Shown in pieces: positions 20,005 to 33,105 of a stretch of DNA of 64,000 nucleotides. Position 1 is the stretch's first letter. Every line of letters starts with the position of its first letter. The notes beneath the pieces are model-generated. The model made no database searches. It was given only the letters and a program-made list of their open reading frames with translations, and was not told where the DNA came from. This DNA comes from an uncultured Acidobacteriota bacterium (GTDB lineage: Bacteria; Acidobacteriota; Thermoanaerobaculia; Multivoradales; SZUA-115). The position numbers and the translations under genes were made by a program. Location of the stretch: assembly GCA_963805975.1 (NCBI GenBank), contig CAWDVR010000005.1, forward strand, positions 640,001-704,000, written 5' to 3'.

Positions 20005-22811
20005 ATGAACCTCTCGCCCTGGAAGCGACTCACCTACCTCGCGCTCTCCCTGGCGCTGACGGCGGCCGTGGTCGGCCTGGGAGCGGGCAGCGTTCTGCGC
20101 AAGGTCGCAAGCTTCCAGGCGCTGGGGTTCTCTGCCACTCCCTCGGGTGCGGGCTTCCGGGTGGCGGCGGCGCCGGACCCGGGCTCCGGCCTCCTCGAAG
20201 GCGACGTCGTCCTCTTGATCAACGGCCAGCCGGCGCCCTCCGTGGCGGCAGCACGGGCGGCGCTCGTCGAGCGGCCCGCGAGCCAGCTCACGGTCGTGCG
20301 AGCGGACGCCTTGGTCGAGGTCCGCTACCTGCGGCCCGGCCTGAAGCTCGACTACCGCTTCCTGGTGCTGGCGGCGAGCGGCATGCTCTACCTCGCGATC
20401 GGCCTCTTCACCGCGGTCAAGAGCCGGCAGCGCGGTGGGTTCCTGTTCCTGCTCTGGTGCCTGGCCTCGGCCGCGCTCTTCCTCTTCACCACGACTCGGG
20501 TCCGGCCCGACCTGCTGGAAAAGGTGCTCCTCCTGGGTGAGGACCTGGCACGGGCCCTCCTGCCGCCGCTGATGCTCCACCTGTTCCTGGTCTTTCCCAA
20601 CGCCTCGGGCCTCCAGCGCCTGCGGCGTTTCGTGGCTTTTGCTTACCTGCCGGCGGCCCTGCTGCTGGTGCTCGAGGCCGACCTCGTCCTCTTCGGCGGC
20701 GGGTACTTCTTCGGCGGTCCGATCGAGGCGGCGCAGGAGACTTTGGACCGGATCGGCCTCTATCTCCTGGGGATCTACTCGCTCGGCGCCCTGGCGGTGC
20801 TCGGCTACCGGCTGCGCCTGGCGACCGACCTCGAGGAGCGGCGCCAGCTCCGCTGGATGATGACCGGCGTCGGCACCGGCTACCTGCCGTTCCTGGTGCT
20901 GTACCTGCTGCCCCAGGCGCTCGCGCTTCCCTTGCCGGAGCTGGTCACCACCGTCGCCGTGCTGCCGCTGTTCCTCGTGCCCCTGACCTTCGCGTACGCC
21001 ATCCTGCGCTACAAGCTGTGGGACATCGAGGTCATCGTGCGCGACGCCGTGGCCTCGACGCTGACCGTGCTGCTGGGCGTGCTGGGCTTCGGGCTCATCA
21101 ACCTGTTCATCAGCCGCGGCGTGCCCGAGCGCTTGGCCGAGACCCGCACCTTCCTGTCGTTCGTCGCCGGGCTCGCCATCGCCGGTGTGATGGTGCCGGC
21201 GCGCCGCACCCTGGGCGCCTCGCTCGCCCGGGTGCAGTACGGCGGCAGCTTCGGCAAGCGCCGGGCCCTGGCCGAGCTGGGCAAAGAGCTGCTGCACGAG
21301 CGCGACCTCGACTCGCTCTGCGCGAGCCTGCTCGATCACCTGGCGTCGAGCCTCCAGCTCGACCGCGTCAATCTCTACCTGGGCCAGGGCACGGCGCTGG
21401 TGGCCGTGCGGCCGGACGGCCGGCTGCCGGCCCAGGTGCCGTTCGACCTGCTGTCGGACGACGCCTGGAACGGCGACGTGGCGGCGATCTCCGGCCTCGA
21501 GCCGTTGGCCGACCGCCCGTCCCCGATGCTGCAGCTCTTCCGCGCCGGCTACCGCTACGCCCTCCCGCTCACCGTGCGCGGCAGCCGCGTCGGCCTGCTG
21601 CTCGCGGGCTACCGCCTGGACCAGATGCCGCTGTCGAGCGAGGACGTCGAGCTCGCGCGGGCGGTGCTCAACCAGGCCGCGCTGGCGATCGAGAACGCCC
21701 AGCTCCTCGATCAGCTCCACCAGAAGCTCGAAGAGATGGTGAGCCTGAAGCGTTACAGCGAAGGGATCATCGAGTCCTCGCCGGCCGGGCTCGCCGTGCT
21801 GGCCAAGGACGGGCAGGTGCTCTCCGCCAACCTCGCCTTCGCCGCGCTCGTCGGCAGCGAGCGGCGCTCGGTGGTGGGTGCCGCGCTCGCGAGCCTGCTG
21901 CCGGTGGCGCTGCCGGAGCCCGGCCACGGGCTGGTCGAGGCGAGCTTCACGGACGCCGGCGGCCAGCCCCGCCACTTGCAGCTCTCGGTGGCCGGCCTGG
22001 GTCTGAAGGAGGCCGAGCAGCGGGTGCTGATCGTTCAGGACACCACCGAGCGCGTGGCCCTCCAGCACGAGCTCAAGGAGAAGGAGCGGCTGGCCTCGCT
22101 CGGCATGCTCGCGGCCGGCGTCGCCCACGAGGTCAATACGCCGATCACCGGCATCTCGAGCTACGCCCAGATGCTGCTCGAAGAGACACCGGAGACCGAC
22201 CCTCGCCACGGCGTGCTCAAGAAGATGGAGCGCCAGACGTTCCGCGCCGCCCGCATCGTCTCGAGCCTGCTCGAGTTCGCCCGCAACCGGGCGAGCGAGC
22301 AGCGGCCGACGGCGCTCGGCAAGGTGGTGGCCGAAGCCGTGGACGAGCAGCGCGAGCGCCTGGCCGAGCGCGGCATCACTCTCGACTTCCGACCGCCTCG
22401 CGAGGAGCTGCGGGTGGTGGCCAACGACACCGAGCTGGCCCAGGTGTTCGTCAACCTGCTCACCAACGCCATGGACGCCATGCGCGGGGGCGGCACGCTC
22501 ACCGTGGCCGTCGAGGCGGACGGGCGGCGCGCCCGCGTGCTGGTGGGGGACACCGGCGTCGGGATCCCCGCCGAGCAGATGGAGAAGATCTTCCAGCCCT
22601 TCTTCTCGACCAAGCTCTCCGAGGGCGGCACCGGCCTGGGGCTGTCGATCAGCTACGAGATCGTGCGCCGCCACGGCGGCGAGATGCGCGTCTCCTCGGC
22701 ACCGGGCGAGGGCAGCCGCTTCGTTGTCGACCTGCCGCGGTTCGAGCAGGTGCGCGACAGCGCAGCGGCCGATTCGCCTGCCGCCGGGATCCCTGTCCCC
22801 GAGGTCGGGGG

Positions 22812-22815
<4 letters not shown>
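20005..22815 (+). CDS. Membrane sensor histidine kinase (PDZ-like, multi-TM, GAF, PAS, HisKA, HATPase)
   Basis: GDVVLLING, many transmembrane helices, AHEVNTP H-box, NLLTNA, DTGVG and GTGLGL. Confidence 0.95.
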
Positions 22816-24188
<1,373 letters not shown>

Positions 24189-24283
24189 GCCCCGACCGCG
24201 CTCGGCAGCGATCGCCTCCCACCCTCGATAGAATCGCCTCCTCGAGGCGAGCTCGGACGGGCCGGCAACGGCAAAGGAAGCGC

Positions 24284-26977
24284 ATGCAGACCACCATGTC
24301 AGCTCTGTCCCCGGCAAACCGGCGCCACGCCGGCCGGTGGGTCGCGGGCTTGCTCGCCGGCGCAGTGCTGTTCCCGTCCGCGGGGGCGCGCGAGGCCTCG
24401 CCTCCGGGCGGGCCGGGGCCCGCGAGCGACCCGCCGCGCCTGGTGGCGCCGCTCTCGACCGGCGAGGAGGTGGGGCTCCCGGCGCTCGACCCTGAGGTCC
24501 CCAGCCCGGCCGAGTTCCTCGGCTACCCGCTGGGAACCCGGTTCACCCACTACCCGGCGATCCTCGCCTATCTCGAGCGGCTGGCCCAGGCCTCGCCACG
24601 GGTCACCATCCGCCCCTACGGCGAGACCTACGAGGGGCGCCCGCTCGAGCTGGTCGCCATCTCCAGCCCGGAGAACATCGATCGCCTGGAGGAGATCCGG
24701 CTGCGCCATCTGCGCCTGGCGGCGCCGGCCCTGCTGGCACCGGAGGAGCAGGAGGCGCTCACCTTCACCCAGCCGGCCGTCCTCTGGCTCGCCTACGGCG
24801 TGCACGGCAACGAGTCGTCCTCCGCCGAGGCGGCGATGGGCGCGGCCTACGTGCTGGCGGCGGCCCGGGGAGACTGGGAGCGGCTGCTGCGCGAGGTGAT
24901 CGTGCTGATCGATCCGCTTTCGAACCCCGACGGCCGGGAGCGCTACCTGTCGGGCTACGAGCAGCGGCGCGGGCGCCTCCCCGACCCGGACCCCGCCGCC
25001 GCCGAGCACACGGAGCCCTGGCCCGGCGGCCGCTACAACCACTACCTGATCGACCTCAACCGCGACTGGGCGTGGGCGAGCCAGAAGGAGACCCGCCACC
25101 GCCTCGCCGCCTTCCGGCAGTGGGAGCCCCAGGTCTACGTGGACCTCCACGAGATGGGGAGCGGCTCGACCTACTTCTTCCCGCCGGTGGCCGATCCGGT
25201 GAACCCGTCGATCGACAGGCGCGTGCTCTCCTGGCTCCAGGTCTTCGGCCGCGCCAACAGCCAGGTGTTCGACCGCCAGGGCTGGATCTTCTTCAATTCC
25301 CAGCGCTACGACCTGTTCTACCCCGGCTACGGCGACTCCTACCCGGCGCTCCGCGGTGCCGTTGGTATGACCTACGAGATGGCGGGCGGCGGCCGGGCGG
25401 GCGAGGCTCTACGGTTGCCGGACGGCTCGCTCCTGACCCTCGCCGACCGCTTGGCCCGGCACCTCGCGAGCTCGCTCGCCACGGTCGAGACGGCGGCCGA
25501 GAACCGCGTCGCCCTGCTCAAGGACTACGTGGCCTCGCGCCGCGCGGCTTCCACCCGCCTCGCCCAGAGCGTGCTGTGGGAGGCCGGGCAGCCGGAGGCG
25601 CGCGCCCTCGCCGAGCTGCTGGCCCTGCACGGGGTGGAGGTGAACCAGCTCGTGGCGGACGTCGAGGTGCTGGCCCGGCCGGGTGCCGGCGGCACGGAAG
25701 AGAAACGGCGCTTCCCGAATGGCACCTACGTGGTGTCGACGGCGCAGCCGCTCGCGGCCCTCATCGAAGCGCTGCTGCGAGTCGAGTCGCCCCTGCCGCC
25801 GGAGTTCGTCGAGCGCCAGCGGCAGCGGGTGGCCGACAGCCAGGACACCGAGTTCTACGACGTCACGGCCTGGTCCCTACCCCTCGCCTACAACCTCTCG
25901 ACCTGGTGGATCGAGGGCGAGGCGCCGGCCACCGCACCCTTCCGCCAACCGGCCGGGGGGCTCGCCGGCGCCGGCGACGTCGGCTACCTGCTCTCACCCC
26001 AGGGTGTCGCGGGCTACCGTTTCGCGGCGGTGCTCGGCCGGCAGGGGGTGCGCACCCGGCTGGCGCTGGTGCGTTTCGAGGCCGGCGGCATCGCCTATCC
26101 GGAGGGCACGCTCTTCATCCCGCGGCTCGGAAATGGCGAGGAGCTCGAGGAGCGGCTCCTCGCCCTGGCCGCCGAGCACCGGGTCACGCTGCGCCGGGTG
26201 GCCTCCTCGGCGACCCAGACCGGGATCAGCCTGGGCTCGGACGAGTTCGCGCCCGTGCGGCGCTCGCGCGTCGGCCTGGTGGGCGGGGGCGGTGTCTCCG
26301 CCACCTCCTTCGGGGGCTTCTGGCACCTGCTCTCGGAGGGCGTGGGCCTGGACGTGCGCCGGCTGGATCTCGGTGGGGTGGTAAGCGCGCTCCCCCAGCT
26401 CGAGGTGCTGGTGCTGCCGGACGGCTCGGACTACGGCGAGGTGCTGAGCGAGAGGCAGACCAAGGCGGTGGCCGAGTGGGTGAAGGCGGGCGGCGTCCTG
26501 GTCGCGGTGGGCGACGCCGTCACCTGGGCCGACAAGGTGGGCCTCCTCGGGATCGAGACCTGGAAACCGCCCGAGGACGACGGCGAGACCCACGAGGACG
26601 GGGCCTCGCTGTCCCCGCTCGCCGGCCGGCCCCTGTCCACGCCGGGGGCCATCCTCTCGACCAGTCTCCGGGCGAGCCACCCGATGGCGGCCGGTGTGCT
26701 CGCGCCGCCCCCCATGATGTTCTCCGGTTCGACTATCGTGCTTCCCACCCTGCCGCCGGAGGAGACCGTCCTCACCGTGGCGGCGGAGAAGCCGGTGGCC
26801 TCGGGCCTGGTGTGGGAGGAGGCCAGGGAGCGGCTCTCCGGCTCCCTGCTGGTGGCCGACCACCCTTCCGGCAAGGGGCGGGTCGTCGCCTTCGCCCAGG
26901 ACCCGGTCTTCCGCCTGCTCTTCCGCGGCACCATGCCGCTCTTTCTGAACGCCGTGATGTACGGCCCGAGCTGGTAG
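24284..26977 (+). CDS. Secreted M14-family zinc carboxypeptidase with a C-terminal GATase-like domain
   Basis: VHGNE, NPDG, DLNRD and DLHE; signal peptide. Confidence 0.9.
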   Translation: MQTTMSALSPANRRHAGRWVAGLLAGAVLFPSAGAREASPPGGPGPASDPPRLVAPLSTGEEVGLPALDPEVPSPAEFLGYPLGTRFTHYPAILAYLERLAQASPRVTIRPYGETYEGRPLELVAISSPENIDRLEEIRLRHLRLAAPALLAPEEQEALTFTQPAVLWLAYGVHGNESSSAEAAMGAAYVLAAARGDWERLLREVIVLIDPLSNPDGRERYLSGYEQRRGRLPDPDPAAAEHTEPWPGGRYNHYLIDLNRDWAWASQKETRHRLAAFRQWEPQVYVDLHEMGSGSTYFFPPVADPVNPSIDRRVLSWLQVFGRANSQVFDRQGWIFFNSQRYDLFYPGYGDSYPALRGAVGMTYEMAGGGRAGEALRLPDGSLLTLADRLARHLASSLATVETAAENRVALLKDYVASRRAASTRLAQSVLWEAGQPEARALAELLALHGVEVNQLVADVEVLARPGAGGTEEKRRFPNGTYVVSTAQPLAALIEALLRVESPLPPEFVERQRQRVADSQDTEFYDVTAWSLPLAYNLSTWWIEGEAPATAPFRQPAGGLAGAGDVGYLLSPQGVAGYRFAAVLGRQGVRTRLALVRFEAGGIAYPEGTLFIPRLGNGEELEERLLALAAEHRVTLRRVASSATQTGISLGSDEFAPVRRSRVGLVGGGGVSATSFGGFWHLLSEGVGLDVRRLDLGGVVSALPQLEVLVLPDGSDYGEVLSERQTKAVAEWVKAGGVLVAVGDAVTWADKVGLLGIETWKPPEDDGETHEDGASLSPLAGRPLSTPGAILSTSLRASHPMAAGVLAPPPMMFSGSTIVLPTLPPEETVLTVAAEKPVASGLVWEEARERLSGSLLVADHPSGKGRVVAFAQDPVFRLLFRGTMPLFLNAVMYGPSW

Positions 26978-27106
26978 GGAATATCAACGGCCGGGCCACG
27001 GTTGCACCGGGACGGCAAAATCCGTTAGCCTCCTCGGTTCCCGGGCTCGCCCGGCGAGCTACGTCCAAGCACTTGCGATCCACCCATCCGGAAGGCAGGA
27101 ATCACC

Positions 27107-27316
27107 ATGAAGGAAGGCATCCACCCCGAGCTGCACCTGGTGACCGTGGTCTGCGCCTGCGGCAACACCTTCGAGACCCATTCGACGACCGACGAGCTGC
27201 GGCTCGAGATCTGCAGCGAGTGTCATCCCTTCTTCAGCGGCAAGCAGAAGCTGATCGACACCGCCGGCCGCGTGGAGCGCTTCCAGCGCCGCTACGGCCA
27301 GCGCGCCACGGTCTGA
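27107..27316 (+). CDS. rpmE: 50S ribosomal protein L31 (zinc-binding type)
   Basis: MKEGIHP...CACG...CSECHPFF...GRVERF. Confidence 0.98.
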   Translation: MKEGIHPELHLVTVVCACGNTFETHSTTDELRLEICSECHPFFSGKQKLIDTAGRVERFQRRYGQRATV

Positions 27317-27425
27317 AGCAGCGGAGCAGGCTTTCTGAGACGCCGCGGGCTCGCCCTCGCGGCGCCGGTTTCACCGTCCCGGCTCGTACCCATCCCGTGA
27401 GCCCCTCGCAACCCCCTCGACGCCG

Positions 27426-28508
27426 ATGATCGACAAGCTCGCCCTCCTGGAGCGCACTCACGAGGAGCTGACGGCGAAGCTCGCCGACCCCGGTGTCCTG
27501 GCCGACCCCAAGGCCTACACCAAGGCCACCCGGGCGCTCGCCGAGATCAACGACATCGTCGGCCTCTACCGCCAGTATCGCCAGGCGGAGCGCCAGCTCG
27601 CCGAGACCGACGGGATGCTCGCCGGGATGCCGCGCGAGGACGAGCTCCACGAGATGGCGAGCGAGGAGCGCACACGGCTGGCGGCGAACCTCGAGGAGCT
27701 CCAGGGCCGGCTGCGGCGCGAGCTGACGCCGAAAGACCCCAACGACGAGCGCAACGTGGTGCTCGAGATCCGCGCCGGCACCGGCGGCGACGAGGCGAGC
27801 CTCTTCGCCTCGGAGCTCTTCCGCATGTACAGCCGCTACGCCGAGTCACGCGGCTGGCGGGTCGAGGTCATCGACCTCTCCGAGTCCGAGGTCGGCGGCG
27901 CGAAGGAGGTCTCAGCCATCGTCGAGGGCCGCGGCGCCTACAGCAAGCTCAAGTACGAAGGCGGGGTCCACCGCGTGCAGCGGGTGCCCTCGACCGAGGC
28001 CCAGGGCCGCATCCACACCTCGGCGGTGACCGTCGCCGTGCTGCCCGAAGCCGACGACGTCGAGGTGACGGTGGACGAGAAGGATCTCCGCATCGACCGC
28101 TACTGCTCCTCGGGGCCGGGCGGCCAGGGCGTCAACACCACCTACTCCGCGGTGCGGCTGACCCACCTGCCCTCGGGCATCGTGGTCGCCTGCCAGGACG
28201 AGCGCAGCCAGATCAAGAACAAGGCCAAGGCGCTGCGGGTGCTCAAGGCACGCCTGCTCGAGGTCGAGCGCGAGAAAGCCCAGTCCGAGCTCTCCGCCGA
28301 GCGCCGCCGGATGGTGGGCTCGGGCGACCGCTCGGAGAAGATCCGCACCTACAACTTTCCCCAGAGCCGGGTGACCGATCACCGCATCGGCCTCACGCTG
28401 CATCAGCTGCCGCGGGTCCTCGAAGGCGACCTCGAGCCGCTGATCGCGCCGCTCGTCGCGCACTACGAGGCCGAGCGCATGGAGGAAGCTGCCCGAGGTG
28501 GCAACTGA
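27426..28508 (+). CDS. prfA: Peptide chain release factor 1
   Basis: [16 protein letters not shown] (PxT motif), GGQ and RTYNFPQ. Confidence 0.98.
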   Translation: MIDKLALLERTHEELTAKLADPGVLADPKAYTKATRALAEINDIVGLYRQYRQAERQLAETDGMLAGMPREDELHEMASEERTRLAANLEELQGRLRRELTPKDPNDERNVVLEIRAGTGGDEASLFASELFRMYSRYAESRGWRVEVIDLSESEVGGAKEVSAIVEGRGAYSKLKYEGGVHRVQRVPSTEAQGRIHTSAVTVAVLPEADDVEVTVDEKDLRIDRYCSSGPGGQGVNTTYSAVRLTHLPSGIVVACQDERSQIKNKAKALRVLKARLLEVEREKAQSELSAERRRMVGSGDRSEKIRTYNFPQSRVTDHRIGLTLHQLPRVLEGDLEPLIAPLVAHYEAERMEEAARGGN

Positions 28509-29355
28509 ACTGCGGCAACTGAACCGCGGCAAGGTGAGAGGGAGGCAGCCGGTGGCCGAGCTGGAAGAAGTGGTCGAGGAGGCACAGGAGCAGCCCTTTT
28601 CGGTCGAGTACGTGCGTCCTGACCGCGCGGTCAAGCCGATCTACCTCCTGGCCGACAGCCAGATCCTGTTCTGGAAACCGGGCGGCACGCCGTTCATGGC
28701 CGGGATCAAGGCGCGGCTCGAGAAGAGCCAGCCGCGCGCCGCCTACCTCGGCGCCTCGAACGGCGACGATCCCACCTTCTATTCGATCTTCGAAGCCGCG
28801 ACCGAAGAGGTGGGGATCACCGAGCGGCGGATGGTCCGCGCCGACCTGGGGCCGGACGACCTCGATTTCCTGGACGCGGCGGACCTCATCCTCCTCGCAG
28901 GCGGCGACGTGGAGCGCGGCTGGCGCTCCTTCGAGGCCAACGGCCTCAAGCAGATCCTCGTCCGCCGCTACTACGAGGGCGCGCTCCTGATGGGCATCTC
29001 GGCCGGCGCCGTGCAGCTCGGCCTGGGCGGCTGGGGCTCGGCGGGCTTCTCCTCCGGCCGCTTCGTCGACACCCTGCGCCTCCTGCCGCACGTGGTGGGC
29101 GCGCACGAGGAGATCGAGGACTGGGCCTCGCTCAAGGCCGCCGTGCTGCACCTGGGCGGCCACGTGCGCGGCTACGGCATCCCGCTCGGCAGCGGCTTCG
29201 TCTACCACCCGGACCACGCCATCGAGCCGTTGCGCCGCCCGCTGATCGAGATCCGGGTCCAGGGCGGCGACCTGCGCCAGATGGTGCTCCTGCCCGGCGA
29301 CGTGCGGGACGGCGACGCCGTGGGTGAAGGTGGCGACGACCCGTTGGTGAACTGA
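28498..29355 (+). CDS. Peptidase S51 / class I GATase-like protein
   Basis: ILLAGG, GISAGA nucleophile elbow and a downstream His. The start is uncertain. Confidence 0.75.
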   Translation: MATELRQLNRGKVRGRQPVAELEEVVEEAQEQPFSVEYVRPDRAVKPIYLLADSQILFWKPGGTPFMAGIKARLEKSQPRAAYLGASNGDDPTFYSIFEAATEEVGITERRMVRADLGPDDLDFLDAADLILLAGGDVERGWRSFEANGLKQILVRRYYEGALLMGISAGAVQLGLGGWGSAGFSSGRFVDTLRLLPHVVGAHEEIEDWASLKAAVLHLGGHVRGYGIPLGSGFVYHPDHAIEPLRRPLIEIRVQGGDLRQMVLLPGDVRDGDAVGEGGDDPLVN

Positions 29356-29436
29356 CCCCGGCTGGCCCTGTCCCCCTTCCCGCCGGTGCCGGGCACCTCC
29401 CTTGGCAACAAAGGGGCTCGTGCCCGGAGGTTTCCC

Positions 29437-30813
29437 ATGGCCAAGAAGCGCTCTCGCACCGCCGCCTGCCTCGGGTCTCTGGCTCTCGCCCTCGTTCTGG
29501 TGGCCGTGGCCCTCCCGGCCGCGCCCCTACTTCCCGCGGACGGGGGCGCACAGATCCTCCTGTTCCGCAAGGTCCGGGTCTTCGATGGCCGCCAGGTGAT
29601 TCCCGAGACCAACGTACTGGTGGTGGGCAAGAGGATCGCCGCCCTCCACCCGCACCTGCCGGCGCCGCCCCATGCCGAGGTAATCGACGGCCGAGGCAAG
29701 ACGCTCCTGCCCGGCCTGATCGATGCCCACGGCCACGCCACGGCAGCCGCTCCCTTCGGGCTGATCGACGCTCTCGCGCTGGGCGTGACCACCGAGCTCG
29801 GCATGTTCGACGACCCGCTTTTCGTGGCGGACCAGAAGGCCACGCACGTCGACGGCGAGCGGGCCCAGTACTTCTCCTCCGGCATCCTCGCCACCGCACC
29901 GGGCGGCCACGGCACGCAGTACGGGTTCCCCATTCCCACCGTCGCCTCGCCGGCGGACGCGCAGCCCTTCGTCGATGCGCGGATCGCGGACGGGGCGGAC
30001 TACATCAAGATCGTCTACGAGGACTTCCGCCACCTCGGCTACGACTTCCCCAAGCTCTCGCGGGAGTCTCTGCGCGCGCTGATCCGGGCCGCGCACCGCC
30101 GCCACCGGATGGCCGTGGTCCATGCCACCGCGCTCGCCGATTCGCGCACCGCCGTGGCCCTGGGGGCGGACGGCCTGGTCCACACCCTGATCGACGTCGA
30201 CCCGGACCCGCACTACGGCCGCTTCGTGGCCCACCACGGCGCTTTCGTCGTGCCCACGCTGACGCTCTACCAGGTGGCGAGCCAGACCGTCCTCGGCCTC
30301 GAGCCGCTGGACGACCCGCTGCTCGCGCCGTATATCTCGCCGGCCGCCGTGGCGTTGATCGAGGCCCCCTTCCCGCCCGGCTTCGAGCAGACGGACTTCG
30401 AGGCGGCGGTCGAGTCCGTGCGCCAGCTCGCCGCCGCCGGGGCCTCGGTCCTCGCCGGCACGGACGCCCCCAACCCCAAGACGGCGCACGGCGCCACGAT
30501 GCACCGCGAGCTCGAGATGCTGGTCTACGCCGGCCTGTCTCCCGCCCGGGCGCTCGCCGCCGCCACCGCCGAGCCGGCCCTGCGCTTCGGCCTCCACGAC
30601 CGCGGTCGCATCCGCCCCGGCCTCCGCGCCGATCTGCTGCTGGTGAACGGCGACCCGACCGCCAACGTCCTCGCCGCGCGCGACATCGCGGGCATCTGGC
30701 AGGGCGGAGTGCGGGTCGACCGCGACGCCCTGGTCGCCGCGAGCGCCCTCATCGAGCCCTCCCCCAAGCACGGCCACGTCTGCGGCCCGGCGGTGAAGCA
30801 GCCCGAGCGGTAG
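29437..30813 (+). CDS. Amidohydrolase-family protein, probably exported
   Basis: PGLIDAHGH, IKI, VVHA, LVH, GTDA and GLRADL. Confidence 0.9.
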   Translation: MAKKRSRTAACLGSLALALVLVAVALPAAPLLPADGGAQILLFRKVRVFDGRQVIPETNVLVVGKRIAALHPHLPAPPHAEVIDGRGKTLLPGLIDAHGHATAAAPFGLIDALALGVTTELGMFDDPLFVADQKATHVDGERAQYFSSGILATAPGGHGTQYGFPIPTVASPADAQPFVDARIADGADYIKIVYEDFRHLGYDFPKLSRESLRALIRAAHRRHRMAVVHATALADSRTAVALGADGLVHTLIDVDPDPHYGRFVAHHGAFVVPTLTLYQVASQTVLGLEPLDDPLLAPYISPAAVALIEAPFPPGFEQTDFEAAVESVRQLAAAGASVLAGTDAPNPKTAHGATMHRELEMLVYAGLSPARALAAATAEPALRFGLHDRGRIRPGLRADLLLVNGDPTANVLAARDIAGIWQGGVRVDRDALVAASALIEPSPKHGHVCGPAVKQPER

Positions 30814-30875
30814 GCGGGGCGGGTCGGACGGAGTCCCGGTGCCTCAAGCGGGGTGCTAGGCTTGCCAGCAGGCCC

Positions 30876-31732
30876 TTGCCCACCTTCGACCTCCTCGTCG
30901 CCGCCGCCCGCGCCCGCCTCAAGACCGCCCCTTTCGAGCCCTCGCCGCGCGAGGCCCTGCTGCTCGTGGGGCGGGTGCTGGGGCTGTCGGAGGCGCAGGT
31001 GCTGGCGCGGGGGGGCGAGGCGGTGCCCGAGGCGGCGGCGCGGGAGATCGAGGCGCTTCTCGTGCGGCGCCTGGCCGGCGAGCCGGTGGCCTATCTCTTC
31101 GGAGAGCGCGAGTTCTTCGGCAGGTCCTTTGCGGTGGACCCGCGGGTGCTGATCCCCCGTCCGGAGACCGAGCACTTGGTGGAGATAGCCCTCGCGCTGC
31201 CGCTGCCGGCGCGGCCCCGCATCCTGGACTTGGGCACCGGCTCGGGCGCCATCGCCGTGACGCTGGCGCTCGAGCTGCCCGCGGCCCGCGTGGTGGCGAC
31301 AGACCGCTCGCCGGCCGCGCTGGCGGTGGCGGCGGGAACGCGCGCCGCCACGGGGCCGGCGAGCGCCTGCGCTTCCTGGCCGCCGACTGGACAGCACCCT
31401 TCCAGAGTCTCGACTTCGACTTGGTGGTCAGCAACCCGCCCTACGTGAGCCGGGAGGACGCGCCGCGCCTGTCGCCCGAGGTGCGGGAGTTCGAGCCGGC
31501 AGCGGCGCTTTTTGCCGGAGAGGCCGGCCTGGAAGCCATTCTCTTCCTGATCGAAGCGGCCGGGCGCCTCCCCGCGGGTGCCTTCTTTGCCTGCGAGATC
31601 GGTGACGGCCAGCTCCCGGCGATCGAGGCCTTTCTGGGAAGAGAGCGAGTGGGGGAGCCTTCGCTCTCGCTCGTCGAGGCGCGCCAGGACTACGCGGGAA
31701 CCCCGCGAGTTGTGGTACTAAGGCGCGCCTGA
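30876..31732 (+). CDS. prmC: Release factor glutamine methyltransferase, with a single frameshift near 31335
   Basis: VLIPRPETE and DLGTGSG lie in one frame and SNPPY in another. Adding one G to GCGGGAAC restores AGNARRHG...DLVVSNPPY. Confidence 0.9.
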
Positions 31733-32997
31733 TGGATCGCTTCGTCATCACCGGCCCCACTCGACTCGCCGGCACCGTGCGCGCCTCCGGGGCCAAGAAC
31801 GCCGCGCTGCCGGCGCTCGCCGCGAGCCTGCTCACCGACCAGCGCCTGACCCTGGGCCGCGTGCCGCGGGTGCGCGACATCCACACCTTCCTCGCGCTGC
31901 TCGATCACCTGGGCGTGGGCCACGAGGAGGCCGCGGGCGGCCTGTCGCTCGCGCCCGCGGGCACTCGGCACGAGGCCGACGAGGCGCCGTACGAGGTGGT
32001 GAAGACCATGCGGGCGAGCGTGCTGGTGCTGGGCCCGCTCCTCGCCCGGCACGGCCACGCGCGGGTGTCGCTCCCCGGCGGCTGCGCCATCGGCGTGCGG
32101 CCCATCGACCAGCACCTGGCCGGCCTCGAGGCCCTGGGCGCCGAGGTCAGGATCGAGCACGGCTACGTGCTGGCGAACGCCAGACGCCTCGAGGGGAACC
32201 GATTCCGCTTCGCGATGCCGACCGTCACCGGCACCGAGAACCTGCTGATGGCGGCGTCGCTCGCCCGCGGCACCACGGTGCTCGGCAACTGCGCTCGCGA
32301 GCCCGAGGTGGTGGACCTCGCCCGTCTGCTCAATGCCATGGGCGCCCGGATCGAAGGGGCGGGAACCGAGACCATCGTCATCGAGGGCGTCGACTCGCTG
32401 GCCGGCGCCGAGCACGAGGTGATCGCCGACCGCATCGAGGGCGGCACCTACCTGATCGCGGCGGCCCTGACCGGCGGCGATGTGACGCTCGAAGGCGCCG
32501 AGCCCGCCGATCTGGCGCCGCTGCTCGAAAAACTGGCTGAAAGTGGCGCGCTGGTGGAGCAGGGCCCGCGCTGGGTGCGCGTCGCGAGAAGCGGCGAGCT
32601 CGTCCCCTGCGACCTCGCTACCGCACCCCATCCCGGCTTTCCCACGGACCTCCAGGCCCAGTACCTGGCCCTGATGACGCAGGCACGAGGCGCGGCCACG
32701 GTCTGCGAAACCGTGTTCGAGAACCGCTTCCAGCACGTGCCGGAGCTCAACCGCATGGGCGCCGACATCCGCGTCGACGGGCGCTACGCGCGGGTGGAGG
32801 GCGGCACGCCGCTCACCGGTGCGGCGGTGATGGCCACCGATCTGCGCGCCTCGGCCTGCCTGGTGCTGGCGGGTCTCGCCGCGCGGGGCGAGACCGTCGT
32901 CGACCGCATCTACCACCTGGACCGCGGCTACGAGCGTATGGAACTGAAATTGCAGCACTTGGGGGCTCGTCTCGAACGGGTTCCGGCCTCTCTCTGA
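31732..32997 (+). CDS. murA: UDP-N-acetylglucosamine 1-carboxyvinyltransferase
   Basis: [13 protein letters not shown] (Cys type), PGFPTD, DLRA and LDRGYE. Confidence 0.98.
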   Translation: MDRFVITGPTRLAGTVRASGAKNAALPALAASLLTDQRLTLGRVPRVRDIHTFLALLDHLGVGHEEAAGGLSLAPAGTRHEADEAPYEVVKTMRASVLVLGPLLARHGHARVSLPGGCAIGVRPIDQHLAGLEALGAEVRIEHGYVLANARRLEGNRFRFAMPTVTGTENLLMAASLARGTTVLGNCAREPEVVDLARLLNAMGARIEGAGTETIVIEGVDSLAGAEHEVIADRIEGGTYLIAAALTGGDVTLEGAEPADLAPLLEKLAESGALVEQGPRWVRVARSGELVPCDLATAPHPGFPTDLQAQYLALMTQARGAATVCETVFENRFQHVPELNRMGADIRVDGRYARVEGGTPLTGAAVMATDLRASACLVLAGLAARGETVVDRIYHLDRGYERMELKLQHLGARLERVPASL

Positions 32998-33009
32998 AGG
33001 CGGGCCCCC

Positions 33010-33105
33010 GGCTCCTGACCAAGAGGGCTCCTGACCAAGAGAGCCGCCCTGACCAACGACCGAGCCCGCCGGCCGCGACCGATGACCGCCAACCGATGAC
33101 CGCCA
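33010..33105. repeat. Short tandem duplications
   Basis: GGCTCCTGACCAAGAG x2 at 33010-33041 and ACCGATGACCGCCA x2 at 33078-33105. Confidence 0.8.

Noticed and set aside
30876-31732. Programmed frameshift or true pseudogene in prmC
   Set aside because: A single missing G in a homopolymer explains it and no slippery-site signals are seen; a sequencing error is more likely.
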